Of a stretch of 64,000 bases of DNA, positions 22,444 through 31,804 are shown in pieces. The notes beneath the pieces were generated by a model. It saw only the letters and a list, made by a program, of their open reading frames with translations, did no database searches and was not told the DNA's origin. The stretch covers positions 64,001-128,000 of the forward strand of contig CAWDPO010000015.1 of NCBI GenBank assembly GCA_963804165.1. The letters are read 5' to 3'. The position numbers were made by a program, and so were the translations under genes. The stretch is from an uncultured delta proteobacterium. GTDB lineage: Bacteria > Desulfobacterota > Binatia > UBA9968. How positions within the stretch are numbered: position 1 is the first letter of the stretch; every line of letters starts with the position of its first letter.

Positions 22444-25237
22444 TTGCGCTTGGAAGCCGCGAGTGGCGGTTTGGCAAGTTATCCGCCCGTGGAAAAATGG
22501 GACGACTGGGTCGAGTACGACACCGCCCAGTGGCCGCGTAAAGTGGAAAAACATTGCCGGATTATTCCGACCATTTGTTTTAATTGCGAAGCGGCCTGCG
22601 GCCTGTTGGCTTTTGTCGAAAAGGACACCCATCGCATTCGGCGCTTCGAAGGCAATCCGGAACATCCCGGAAGCCGCGGTCGAAATTGCGCCAAAGGACC
22701 GGCGACACTCAATCAGGTTAACGATCCCGAGCGAATTCGTTATCCGCTGAAACGCGTCGGCAAACGCGGTGAAGGGAAGTGGGAACGGATCACTTGGGAC
22801 GAAGTGCTCGACGACATCGCTGCACGCGTACGCCAAGCGCTCCAGGAAGAACGGCGCAATGAGATCATGTATCACGTCGGCCGCCCGGGCCATGAGCTGC
22901 TTTATCACCAGCGGATTCTTCATTCTTGGGGCATCGACGGTCACAATAGCCACACCAACGTTTGTTCCGCCGGGGCGCGCGCCGGTTATGCGTTTTGGTC
23001 GGGAATCGACCGGCCTTCTCCGGACCACGCCAACGCCCGCTTCATTTTACTGCTGAGCTCCCACCTTGAAGCGGGGCACTATTTCAATCCACACGCGCAG
23101 CGGATCATCGAAGCGAAAAACGGCGGCACCAAGATCTGCGTGATCGACACGCGATTGTCGAATACCGCATCGAAAGCCGATTACTGGATTTCGTCGTGGC
23201 CGGGCAGTGAGGCGGCGATCCTCCTGGCGATGTGCAATATCATTTTGCAGGAAGATCTTATTGGACCGCCAGTTCGTGCGCCAGTGGGTTAACTGGGAGG
23301 ATTATCTGCGCGAGGAGCACGCCGACAAACCGCAGACGTTCCAAAGCTTCATCGCCGTTTTAAAGGAAACCTATGCCCAATACACGCCGGAGTTCGCCGC
23401 CAAAGAAGCCGGTATCGACGCCAAGGTCATCGTCGAAGTCGCGCATGAAGTCGCCAAAGCTGGCTCCGCTTTCTCGTCCCACGTCTGGCGCAACACGGCT
23501 GCGGGAAATCTCGGCGGCTGGCAAGTAGCGCGCGCGCTGCAATTTCTCGTCGTGCTGGTCGGCGCCGTGGGCACGCCCGGCGGCACGGCGCCCAACGCCG
23601 CGAATAAATACATTCCGGCGCCGCCGCTGATGCCGCCGCCGGCGAAAGTTTGGAATGAGCTGTTGATTCCGCCGGAATATCCGCTGGCGTTTTTCGAGAT
23701 GAGTTTTTTACTGCCGCATTTGATCAAAGAAGGTCGCGGCAAGCTGGCGATGTATTTCACGCGGGTTTACAACCCGGTGTGGACCAATCCTGACGGTATG
23801 AGCTGGATCGAGATGCTTTCCGACGAAAGTAAAGTGGAGCGCCATGCTTGTCTCACGCCGACATGGAGCGAGACCGCGTGGTTCGCCGATTACGTGCTGC
23901 CGATGGGTCACGCTTCGGAACGCCACGATCTGATGAGCCAGGAAACCCAAGCGGCGCGCTGGATCGGCTTTCGGCAGCCGATTCTGCGCGTTGCATTGGA
24001 AAAAGAAGGCAAGAAATTCAATACGACATATGAGGCGCACGAAGCGGCCGGTATCGGACAGGTTTGGGAAGAAGATGAGTTTTGGATTGAACTCTCGTGG
24101 CGGGTCGACCCGGACGGTTCGCTGGGCATTCGCAAATATTTCGAGTCGCCTTACGAGCCGGGCAAGAAGATGACTGTCGACGATTACTATCGCTGGATCT
24201 TTGAGAACAGCGTGCCCGGTCTGCCGGAAGCCGCGGCGAAGGAGGGTTTGAAGCCGCTCGCGTACATGCGCAAGTACGGCGCGTTCTTGGTCGAAGATAA
24301 TGTTTATAAGGTCCACGAAACCGGCATTAAGTCGAGCGAGCTGCACGATGCCGAGACCGATCCGAGCAGCAATCTAATCCTGAAAAATGGCAGCGCGATC
24401 GGCGTCGAGGTGGATGGCAAAGCCTGCGTCGGCTTTCCCACGCCGTCGCGCAAACTGGAATTCTTTTCGAAAACGTTGAAGGATTGGAAATGGCCGGAGC
24501 ACGCGATTCCCGGTTACATCAAGAGCCACGTGCATCCGGAGAATATCGATCTCAACGCCGGCGAAATGTTATTACTTCCCACTTTTCGCTTGCCGACTTT
24601 GATTCACACGAGATCCGGCAACGCCAAGTGGTTGTACGAAATTTCTAACCGCAACCCACTTTGGATCAATTCGAAAGACGCGCAAAACCTCGACGTTAAA
24701 ACCGGCGACCTTCTCAAGGTCCATACGGAAATCGGTTATTTTATCGACAAGGTGTGGGTGACTGAAGGGATCAAACCCGGCGTCGTTGCCTGCTCACACC
24801 ATATCGGCCGCTGGCGCTTGGCCGAAGATCAGGGAGGGGAGAGGTGGTCGACGGCGTTGGTCGATTTGAAACAATTGGGCGAGGGCAAATGGATGATGCG
24901 GCATGTGCACGGCATCAAACCGTTTAAAAGCGATGATCCCGACTCGGAGAGAATTTTCTGGCAAGACGGCGGCGTGCATCAAAATCTGACTTTCCCCGTG
25001 CAACCCGACTTCATCAGCGGACAACACTGCTGGCATCAGAAAGTGCACGTGACCAAACCAGGGCCGGATGAGAGATACGGCGACATATTTGTCGATACCA
25101 ACAAGTCGCACGAAGTTTATAAAAAGTGGCTCTTGAAAACCCGTCCGGCGCCGGGACCAGACAACTTGCGGCGACCGCTGTGGCTGCCAAGATCGTATAA
25201 GCCCGCGGCGGAAGCGTATTATTTGAAAAAGGTCTAA
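22444..25237 (+). CDS. Molybdopterin oxidoreductase catalytic subunit (DMSO reductase superfamily; one indel near 23260; true start probably ~22400)
   Basis: CFNCEAACG..C 4Fe-4S motif, CAKG, R..YPLKR.G.RGEGKW.RI.WDE, WSETA..ADYVLP, C-terminal Mo-bisPGD domain. Confidence 0.9.
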
Positions 25238-25317
25238 AATTCGCGGCGGTCGCGTTTTATTCGAGGTGGAAGGTCAGCCTTGCAATGTTCGAGTCGGACT
25301 TTCACTGATACTTCAAC

Positions 25318-27171
25318 TTACATGTCCAGCGGCAGCCGATTTTTACGACAATAAGTCTCGATGGTTTCGAGAAAACGCTGCCCGATATCAGCGAGTTTGC
25401 GTTCACCGACGCCGCGGATGCCGAGAAGCGCGCTCGGCGATCCCGGCCTGACTCGCGCCATGTCGCGCAGTGTGGCGTCGTTGAACAAGACGTACGCCGG
25501 CACGTGGCGCTCGTCCGCAAGTTGGCGACGTAGATTACGCAAGATTTCGAACAAACCCGAGTCGACACTTTCCCAGGATTTTTCGTCGAACCGAGTCTTT
25601 TTGACTTTGGTTTTCGGCTGCAGCAAGCGCACAGTGCGATTGCCCCGTAAGACTTCGCGCGAGGCGTCGTTCAGGCACAAGACGGGACGCTCATCGGTTG
25701 TGCGCTCCAGTAAGCCGTCGTCGATGAGCTGATAGATTATGTTGGTGAGAGCCGGCCTGGCCGTGTCCTTCATCAAGCCGTAGGTGCTGAGCGCTTCGTG
25801 ACCCCAGCGGCGAATTCGTTCGGTATGCGCTCCCACCAGAACGTCGACGATGTGCTCGGCGCCGAAGCGCTCCCCGGCGCGGGCAACGCAGGAGAGAATC
25901 TTTTGCGCGGTGACCGTGGCATCCGCCAAGCCTTCGACCTCGTTCAGACATACGTCGCAGGCCTCGCAATTTGGTTTGCTGTATGCCTGTCCGAAATATT
26001 CCGTCAGTTTGCGGTGGCGGCAATGCACACCGCTGCATATTCTGCGCATGTGCTCGAGGAGTTCGCGCGACGCGGTGATAACCTCAGCTGAAGCGTCGGC
26101 TTCCGCGGCGCTCTTTTCGATCAGCGATTCCCAGCGCAGAACGTCGGCGGCGGAATACAGCAGCACGCATTCGGCTTCCAACCCGTCGCGCCCGGCGCGG
26201 CCGGTTTCCTGTTGATAGTGTTCGATGGACTTCGGCATGGCGGCATGAATCACGCAGCGCACGTCGCTGCGGTCAATGCCCATGCCGAAGGCGACCGTCG
26301 CCGCCACGACGTCGAGCGCTTCCGATGCGAAATCATCCTGTGTTCGCCTTCTTTCATCAGCGTCCATGCCGGCGTGATAAAAAGCAGCGCGCAGCCCGTC
26401 AGCCTGAAGGAACGACGCCATGGATTCCGTGTCCTTGCGGCTGATGCAGTAGACAATGGCGGCCTGGCGGCGATGGCGTTGCAGAATTTCACGCACTTGC
26501 GCGCGCGCGTCGATACGGGGAACGATGCGATAGACAAGATTGGGCCGATCGAAAGTTCCGACCAGCACCGCCGGCTTGTTCAATTTCAATTGCTGGGCGA
26601 TATCGGCGCGCACGCGCTCCGTCGCCGTAGCTGTGTAGGCATGGATGCTGGCTTTGGGAAAGCGGCTCTTGATCTCTGCCAGGCGCCGATACTCGGGGCG
26701 GAAATCGTGCCCCCAGTGGCTGATGCAATGGGCTTCGTCAATGGCGAAGGCGCGTACTTGCACGTGCTCGATCAGCTGCAAGAAACGGGGCGCAAGCAGC
26801 CGCTCCGGCGCCACGAACAGCAGTCGATAGCGCCCGGCAAGGAACTGCTCTTCGGTCTCACGCAGGACGTACTCCGGGGGGCCGCTATATAGCGCTGCCG
26901 CCGGATAGCCGCATTCGCGCAGGCCATCGACCTGGTCCTTCATCAAAGAGATCAGCGGCGACACGACAATGTCAGTCCGATGTGCCAGTTCCGGCGGCAC
27001 TTGATAGCACAGCGATTTGCCGCCGCCCGTCGGTAAAACGACGAGCGAGTCCCGTTGTTCCAATCCTGCGTTAATGGCCTGCTCTTGCAGAGGCCGGAGC
27101 TCGGAATACCCCCAATAACGGCGGACGGTGGTGAGGATGTCGCTGATCGAAAAATCGTTCGATGCGGTCAT
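25318..27171 (-). CDS. recQ: ATP-dependent DNA helicase RecQ
   Basis: PTGGGKS, DEAHCISHWGHDFRPEY, ATVAFGMGID, QETGRAGRDG, Zn/RQC and HRDC domains. Confidence 0.95.
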   Translation of the reverse strand: MTASNDFSISDILTTVRRYWGYSELRPLQEQAINAGLEQRDSLVVLPTGGGKSLCYQVPPELAHRTDIVVSPLISLMKDQVDGLRECGYPAAALYSGPPEYVLRETEEQFLAGRYRLLFVAPERLLAPRFLQLIEHVQVRAFAIDEAHCISHWGHDFRPEYRRLAEIKSRFPKASIHAYTATATERVRADIAQQLKLNKPAVLVGTFDRPNLVYRIVPRIDARAQVREILQRHRRQAAIVYCISRKDTESMASFLQADGLRAAFYHAGMDADERRRTQDDFASEALDVVAATVAFGMGIDRSDVRCVIHAAMPKSIEHYQQETGRAGRDGLEAECVLLYSAADVLRWESLIEKSAAEADASAEVITASRELLEHMRRICSGVHCRHRKLTEYFGQAYSKPNCEACDVCLNEVEGLADATVTAQKILSCVARAGERFGAEHIVDVLVGAHTERIRRWGHEALSTYGLMKDTARPALTNIIYQLIDDGLLERTTDERPVLCLNDASREVLRGNRTVRLLQPKTKVKKTRFDEKSWESVDSGLFEILRNLRRQLADERHVPAYVLFNDATLRDMARVRPGSPSALLGIRGVGERKLADIGQRFLETIETYCRKNRLPLDM

Positions 27172-27229
27172 TGAGTTGTGATTGCGATGGAAATATCGAT
27201 ATGCCTAGCTAAGATACATAAATCGAGCA

Positions 27230-27547
27230 CTAAGATATTACTTCAACCAAGCTGAATGGCTTCGCTGTGTCGATGGCGGCGATGACGTCATTGATTTGCC
27301 CTTCGATCAACGGCCAACTGGTAGTGGCCAAGACCACGACCGTCAAGCGGTAGTTCGCAAGATTTTGCTGGTGTTTAAGGTTTTGGTCCGTTGTTACGAA
27401 TATCTCAAACGCCTCTTGCTCGGCAGCACGCAACAAGTCGCCGTTCTGCAATGTGCTCCAACCCTTCTCAAAGACGGTCGCGACGGAATGATGTGGGAGG
27501 TAACGGCGCAGAGGAACCGGGGTTCCCTGATCAAAGAGAACCCGCAT
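27230..27547 (-). CDS. PIN-like toxin (DUF5615/VapC45-type)
   Basis: MRVLFDQG.P, NGDLL..AE, VTTDQNL..QQNL; directly downstream of DUF433 gene. Confidence 0.8.
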   Translation of the reverse strand: MRVLFDQGTPVPLRRYLPHHSVATVFEKGWSTLQNGDLLRAAEQEAFEIFVTTDQNLKHQQNLANYRLTVVVLATTSWPLIEGQINDVIAAIDTAKPFSLVEVIS

Positions 27548-27552
27548 CGTTC

Positions 27553-27777
27553 TCAGGATCCGTCAATTTGGAGGCTGCGCTGGGCGTGCTCGAGAACCAC
27601 TTCGACTTGTTCTCGAGATACACCGGGAAACCATGCGAGAAAGTCATCTATGCGCGCACCACTTTCGAGATTCTCGAACAGCGCCGTCACCGGCACTCGC
27701 GTGCCGCGAAATGTCCATACGCCGCTTACTCTGCTCGGATCGCGTTCGACCGCCGAACATGTAGACCAGTCCAACAT
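27553..27777 (-). CDS. DUF433 family antitoxin
   Basis: DP..VSG...FRGTRVPV..LFENLE.G..IDDFL..FP. Confidence 0.85.
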   Translation of the reverse strand: MLDWSTCSAVERDPSRVSGVWTFRGTRVPVTALFENLESGARIDDFLAWFPGVSREQVEVVLEHAQRSLQIDGS

Positions 27778-27821
27778 CGCTACAAGGCTAACGTGGAACC
27801 GAGAAGTCGGCAAGTCATGAT

Positions 27822-28535
27822 CTAGATTCCCTCTCCCATACCTCGCTGCGTGCCTTGGATCGGCGTGCGGTTCCATTCGAGGGCTTCCTGGATTTTGCGG
27901 GGCAGGGGAGGCTTGCGCGAGGTCATGAAGTGGACGAATTCCTCTTTGCTGGCGATCAGCATGCGCGCATTATTTTGTTTCTCGTCGCCGAGGTTCGACA
28001 CGGCTTCACGGTAGTCATGGCCCGGATACACGCGGATTTGATCGCCGAGTGCTTTGAGTTTTGCCAGGCTCTCGTATTGCGACTCGGCGTTGCCGCCCGG
28101 CAGATCGGTTCGGCCGCAGCCGCCGATCAAAAGAGTATCGCCGGTAAAAATTCGATCTTTGGAAAGCAGGCACATGGCGTCCTGCGTATGGCCGGGAGTG
28201 TAGATGACCTTGAGAGATTGCTGGCCGAATTGGATCTCATCTCCGTCGTCGACGCGCAGATCAATATACGGCGCGTCCGTCGCCCGGTGCATAATGACCT
28301 TTGTGCCGTAGCGCTCGCGCATGATTTTGCATGCCGAATTATGGTCGGCGTGCGTGTGGGTATCGATAGCGTAAAGCAATTTCGCTTTAAGGAAATCCGC
28401 CAATCCGACGTAATCATCGGCTTTGTCGATCTCAGGGTCGATGACGACGCAGATTTTCTCCTTTGCGCATCCCAAAAGATAGGACAAGCAACCGGCTGAA
28501 CGAATCTGCTCGAAAAAAATTTCTTCACCGGCCAT
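27822..28535 (-). CDS. MBL-fold persulfide dioxygenase/ETHE1-like protein
   Basis: SYLLGC, IDTHTHADH, TPGHT, FTGDTLLIGGCGRTD, YPGHDY. Confidence 0.8.
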   Translation of the reverse strand: MAGEEIFFEQIRSAGCLSYLLGCAKEKICVVIDPEIDKADDYVGLADFLKAKLLYAIDTHTHADHNSACKIMRERYGTKVIMHRATDAPYIDLRVDDGDEIQFGQQSLKVIYTPGHTQDAMCLLSKDRIFTGDTLLIGGCGRTDLPGGNAESQYESLAKLKALGDQIRVYPGHDYREAVSNLGDEKQNNARMLIASKEEFVHFMTSRKPPLPRKIQEALEWNRTPIQGTQRGMGEGI

Positions 28536-28561
28536 AATTACGCATTCCGAATTCGCCCCCT

Positions 28562-29116
28562 TTAAACCTTCGCCACTGTGCCTTTTTCAGGGGAGTAGCG
28601 GTAGCGCTCGATCTTCTCCAAGTCATAACTCAGAAAACGAAACACAACTCCAGGACCTTCGACGGCGCTGGTCGAATGAATGTCGCCCGGCAGATAGGGC
28701 ATCACGACGCCGGGCGTTAGACGATCGAGTCTTTCTTTTTCCAAGGTGGCGATGCCGGGCTGCGAGCCGTCGTCGGTGCGTCTATATTTGGTAATCTCGG
28801 TCACGCCCTTGAAAGATCCGTAGACAACCCAACAGGGGCCGTGATCATGCGGCCTGTTGCCGTGGCCCTGTTTATGGATATGTCCCATTTGGATAAATCC
28901 CAGTTCCGGGTCGCGGTACAATTCCCGCGACGGTTTGCCGTCGTGAATCAGCTCGGCCATCCACGGATCGTCCGGGCTTGTCGATGCAAAGAGCTTTTCC
29001 ATCAACGCCGCCACTCTGAACGGCAACTGGGGGTCTTTGCCGTCGCCCCAAGCAGCGCGAACTTCGCCGATGTAGCGATCCAAGGAATTTTCCGCTTTGC
29101 GTTCCTGCACGGCCAT
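28562..29116 (-). CDS. Cupin, cysteine/thiol dioxygenase-like
   Basis: PHDHG..WVVYG...G......Y and PGDIH 3-His pattern. Confidence 0.6.
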   Translation of the reverse strand: MAVQERKAENSLDRYIGEVRAAWGDGKDPQLPFRVAALMEKLFASTSPDDPWMAELIHDGKPSRELYRDPELGFIQMGHIHKQGHGNRPHDHGPCWVVYGSFKGVTEITKYRRTDDGSQPGIATLEKERLDRLTPGVVMPYLPGDIHSTSAVEGPGVVFRFLSYDLEKIERYRYSPEKGTVAKV

Positions 29117-29257
29117 GTTTCACCTCCGTCCGTATGGCGATTTTTACCATGTTACGCGCGCGCGCGTCCAGCGCGATCAGAAAATAGCCATTGCATTGAC
29201 AGAGTGAGGCGGGCTCTGTTACCTGTTGTAAAACTTTCGAAGAGATCGAGAGGAGTC

Positions 29258-29734
29258 ATGGCAATCGAACCGCAGGAACTGCGCCGCGTGATGGGTCACT
29301 TCGCGACCGGAGTCACGGTGATCACCACCAAAGATCAAGGCGGCAACCCGAACGGCCTCACCGCCAACGCTTTTATGTCCCTTTCGCTAAATCCGCCGCT
29401 GGTGGTGATCAGCGTGGACAAAGGCGCAACCTGTTACGCCTGCTTTGAATTGCAAAATGGCTTTACGGTCAATTTTCTGAGCGAAGATCAAGAGGAGATT
29501 TCGCGGCGCTTTGCCACTAAAGGGGCGGACAAATTTGCGGATTTGAAATGGCACCCCGGCAGCAATGGCGCCGCGATCATCGACGGTGTCATGGGTTACG
29601 TGGAGTGCACCATTACCGAGTGCCACGATGGTGGCGATCACACTATCGTCGTCGGTGAGATCGTCAACGCCGGCGCTACGGGTGAACGCCCTCTGCTTTT
29701 CTTTAAGGGAAAATATCAGCGTCTGCCAGGGTAA
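29258..29734 (+). CDS. Flavin reductase (HpaC-like)
   Basis: R.VMGHFATGVTVIT, SLSLNPPLV, GGDH..VVG, PLLF..G.Y; AGGAG RBS. Confidence 0.9.
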   Translation: MAIEPQELRRVMGHFATGVTVITTKDQGGNPNGLTANAFMSLSLNPPLVVISVDKGATCYACFELQNGFTVNFLSEDQEEISRRFATKGADKFADLKWHPGSNGAAIIDGVMGYVECTITECHDGGDHTIVVGEIVNAGATGERPLLFFKGKYQRLPG

Positions 29735-29743
29735 GATAAACCC

Positions 29744-29825
29744 GTTTCGCGTTCCGTGTTTCGAGTTTCGGGTTAGGGAAAGCCCAAGGTGTGAATTCCG
29801 AAACTCAAACGCGAACCCTAAACCG
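29744..29825. repeat. Inverted cluster of degenerate heptamer repeats between convergent genes
   Basis: GTTTCGC/GTTCCGT/GTTTCGA/GTTTCGG followed by the complementary CCGAAAC/TCAAAC/GCGAAC. Confidence 0.55.
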
Positions 29826-29826
29826 A

Positions 29827-30804
29827 CTAAGCTCCCAGCGCCATCGCCGTGATGCACGGCAGTCCTTCGATGATCGTGCGTGTTTCGCCGGATGAGGTCA
29901 CGGTAACCACTTCGCCATCCGCGGTGGCGGCAAGGACGCCGTCGCCGTCCGGCGCGGCGCATACATCCATGACGCCGCCGGACATTTTTTCAGTAAGCAG
30001 TTCCCAGTTGGCGCCGTCGGTGGATTTGAAGATCGCGGTCTTCGCCCGTCCCGCGCGCGTCCACGTCCGTGGACGATCTCGCGTGATCCCTAGATAAATT
30101 GTCCCGTGATCATCTTCTGCGAGCGCGTTGCCGTACGTGCGCCCGCCTGGAGGCGTGACTTTTTGCCAATGATTGCCGCGATCGGTGCTGCGCGAAACAC
30201 CCTCACCGCAGGCCGTGACGACCAGGCCGGGGGTTTTCTTCGACGGTAAAATCTGGTGAATGTCCGGATCGGTCAAGCCATCGTTGGCAGCCTGCCAGCT
30301 TTGACCGTCATCGTCGCTCACGAGAATTCCCGCGACTTCGATGCCGGCAAAGAGGCGCCCGCCGTTGGTTTTCTCCTTGGTGAGCACTCGGGTGCGCGCG
30401 GGAAAATCCGGGTTCGGCGGAAACGTCCCGCCGGCCGCTCCCTGTCGCACGCCTTTGAGCTCCTGCCAGCCGCTGCCGTCAACGGTGCAATATAATGCCG
30501 CCGGCATGGTACCGACTAAAAGCTTCCCGGGCAAAGCGAGCATCGATGACATCGTCAAGCACGGCACATTGGGATTGGCGCGAAACCAATCCTTGCCGCC
30601 GTCGTTGGTGACAAACATGCCGGAGTGCTCCGTGCCTATATAAACGTGGTTCGGCTCGTCGGGATCGACTTGGATACAGGACATTTGCCAGAAGGTGAGC
30701 GCCCGATCGACCTGGCCCCAGTCCGCGCCGCGACGTTCGAATCGATACCACCCGGAATGGGTGGCGAGATGGAGAGCTTCCTTGGGTTTTTCGTTGATGC
30801 TCAT
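29827..30804 (-). CDS. BNR/Asp-box beta-propeller protein
   Basis: Repeated S/T.D.G..W Asp boxes (TNDGGKDW, SDDDGQSW, STDRGNHW, STDGANW); GAGGAGG RBS. Confidence 0.8.
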   Translation of the reverse strand: MSINEKPKEALHLATHSGWYRFERRGADWGQVDRALTFWQMSCIQVDPDEPNHVYIGTEHSGMFVTNDGGKDWFRANPNVPCLTMSSMLALPGKLLVGTMPAALYCTVDGSGWQELKGVRQGAAGGTFPPNPDFPARTRVLTKEKTNGGRLFAGIEVAGILVSDDDGQSWQAANDGLTDPDIHQILPSKKTPGLVVTACGEGVSRSTDRGNHWQKVTPPGGRTYGNALAEDDHGTIYLGITRDRPRTWTRAGRAKTAIFKSTDGANWELLTEKMSGGVMDVCAAPDGDGVLAATADGEVVTVTSSGETRTIIEGLPCITAMALGA

Positions 30805-30886
30805 GGCGGCACCTCCTCGGGTTTTCGCTCGATCGCGTAAAAAGATACGTCGACCGGGATCGTCGATGCAAGTCAAATTCGCCTTT

Positions 30887-31083
30887 TTATGCCGACCTGT
30901 CCCAAAGGTCTTCGAACTGTTTTACCGACCCCGGAGCGAAGCCGGCATAATGATTGTTGAAAACGCCCCCTTGTTGACGATCTTTTTAAGCTCGGCAATC
31001 CAAATATTCATCTCCGGGGTTTTGTTTTCGATCAGCTTATCCCATCTCTTAGTTTTCGCTTCGATGTCCTTACGATCGCCGAC
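30887..31083 (-). pseudogene. 3' remnant of a DUF72 family gene
   Basis: Manual translation GDRKDIEAKTKRWDKLIE...W / FNNHYAGFAPGS..., frameshifted, no 5' part. Confidence 0.6.
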
Positions 31084-31241
31084 AAATCAAACTCATTAGC
31101 GTTCTTCACCACAGTCCGACACAACGGTCAATAGTCGAGGGGGTTCGGTCTCAATTCGATAGCGCTGCGTCGTAGCGCGTCGCCCAAGAGCATGGCGACC
31201 AACTCATGAAAAACTGAAAACCCATCTGAAGGCCGGTTTCA

Positions 31242-31294
31242 TTGACAATCCGGGGTGGGCAGTTTACTTTAATGAAAACAGCATTGTTTTCATT
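31242..31294 (+). promoter_or_regulatory. Sigma70 promoter with downstream palindromic operator
   Basis: TTGACA-N17-TACTTT, then AATGAAAACA-gcat-TGTTTTCATT perfect 10-bp inverted repeat. Confidence 0.7.
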
Positions 31295-31311
31295 TTCTCA
31301 GAGGACCGCTA

Positions 31312-31788
31312 ATGGAGACGTTCGACAGCAAAACGGCGAGCCGGATCGTTGGTGTTAGCCTGCGCCAACTACAATACTGGGACGAGCAGAATTTTCTCCG
31401 TCCCTCGGTAAAGTCAGCTGAAGGGCGAGGAACCAAACGTCTTTACTCATTCAACGATCTCATTTGCCTCAAGGTCGTAAAGGATCTTACGCGCCACGGT
31501 TTCAACCTGCAAAAAATCCGCCGTTGCGTTAAGCCGCTGAAGGAAAACTCGGCGCAAACCGAGCGTCCGGCGGTGTCGCTAAAGTATTTGACGGACGGTG
31601 AAGATCTGTTTGTCATTACCAGCGATCGACAAAAGATTCTCGCTGCCATGGAGCACCAGTTCGTGCTGTCTTTGGGGATCGGTAATTTGGTGCGTGAATT
31701 GGGCCGTGAAGCCCGCCGCGCGGCGCTGACTCGTAAGTCTGGAAAGAAAACTCCGCAACTTGAGGAACGGAACACCGGATCTGCGTAG
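31312..31788 (+). CDS. MerR-family HTH transcriptional regulator
   Basis: A..IVGVSLRQLQYWD....L.PS.....G.G..RLYSF.DL. Confidence 0.85.
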   Translation: METFDSKTASRIVGVSLRQLQYWDEQNFLRPSVKSAEGRGTKRLYSFNDLICLKVVKDLTRHGFNLQKIRRCVKPLKENSAQTERPAVSLKYLTDGEDLFVITSDRQKILAAMEHQFVLSLGIGNLVRELGREARRAALTRKSGKKTPQLEERNTGSA

Positions 31789-31804
31789 GCGATTATAGGC
31801 GATT

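Noticed and set aside
8494-23300. Programmed frameshifting or mass pseudogene calls
   Set aside because: Indels are scattered with no consistent slippery motif and catalytic residues are intact; treated as probable sequencing error
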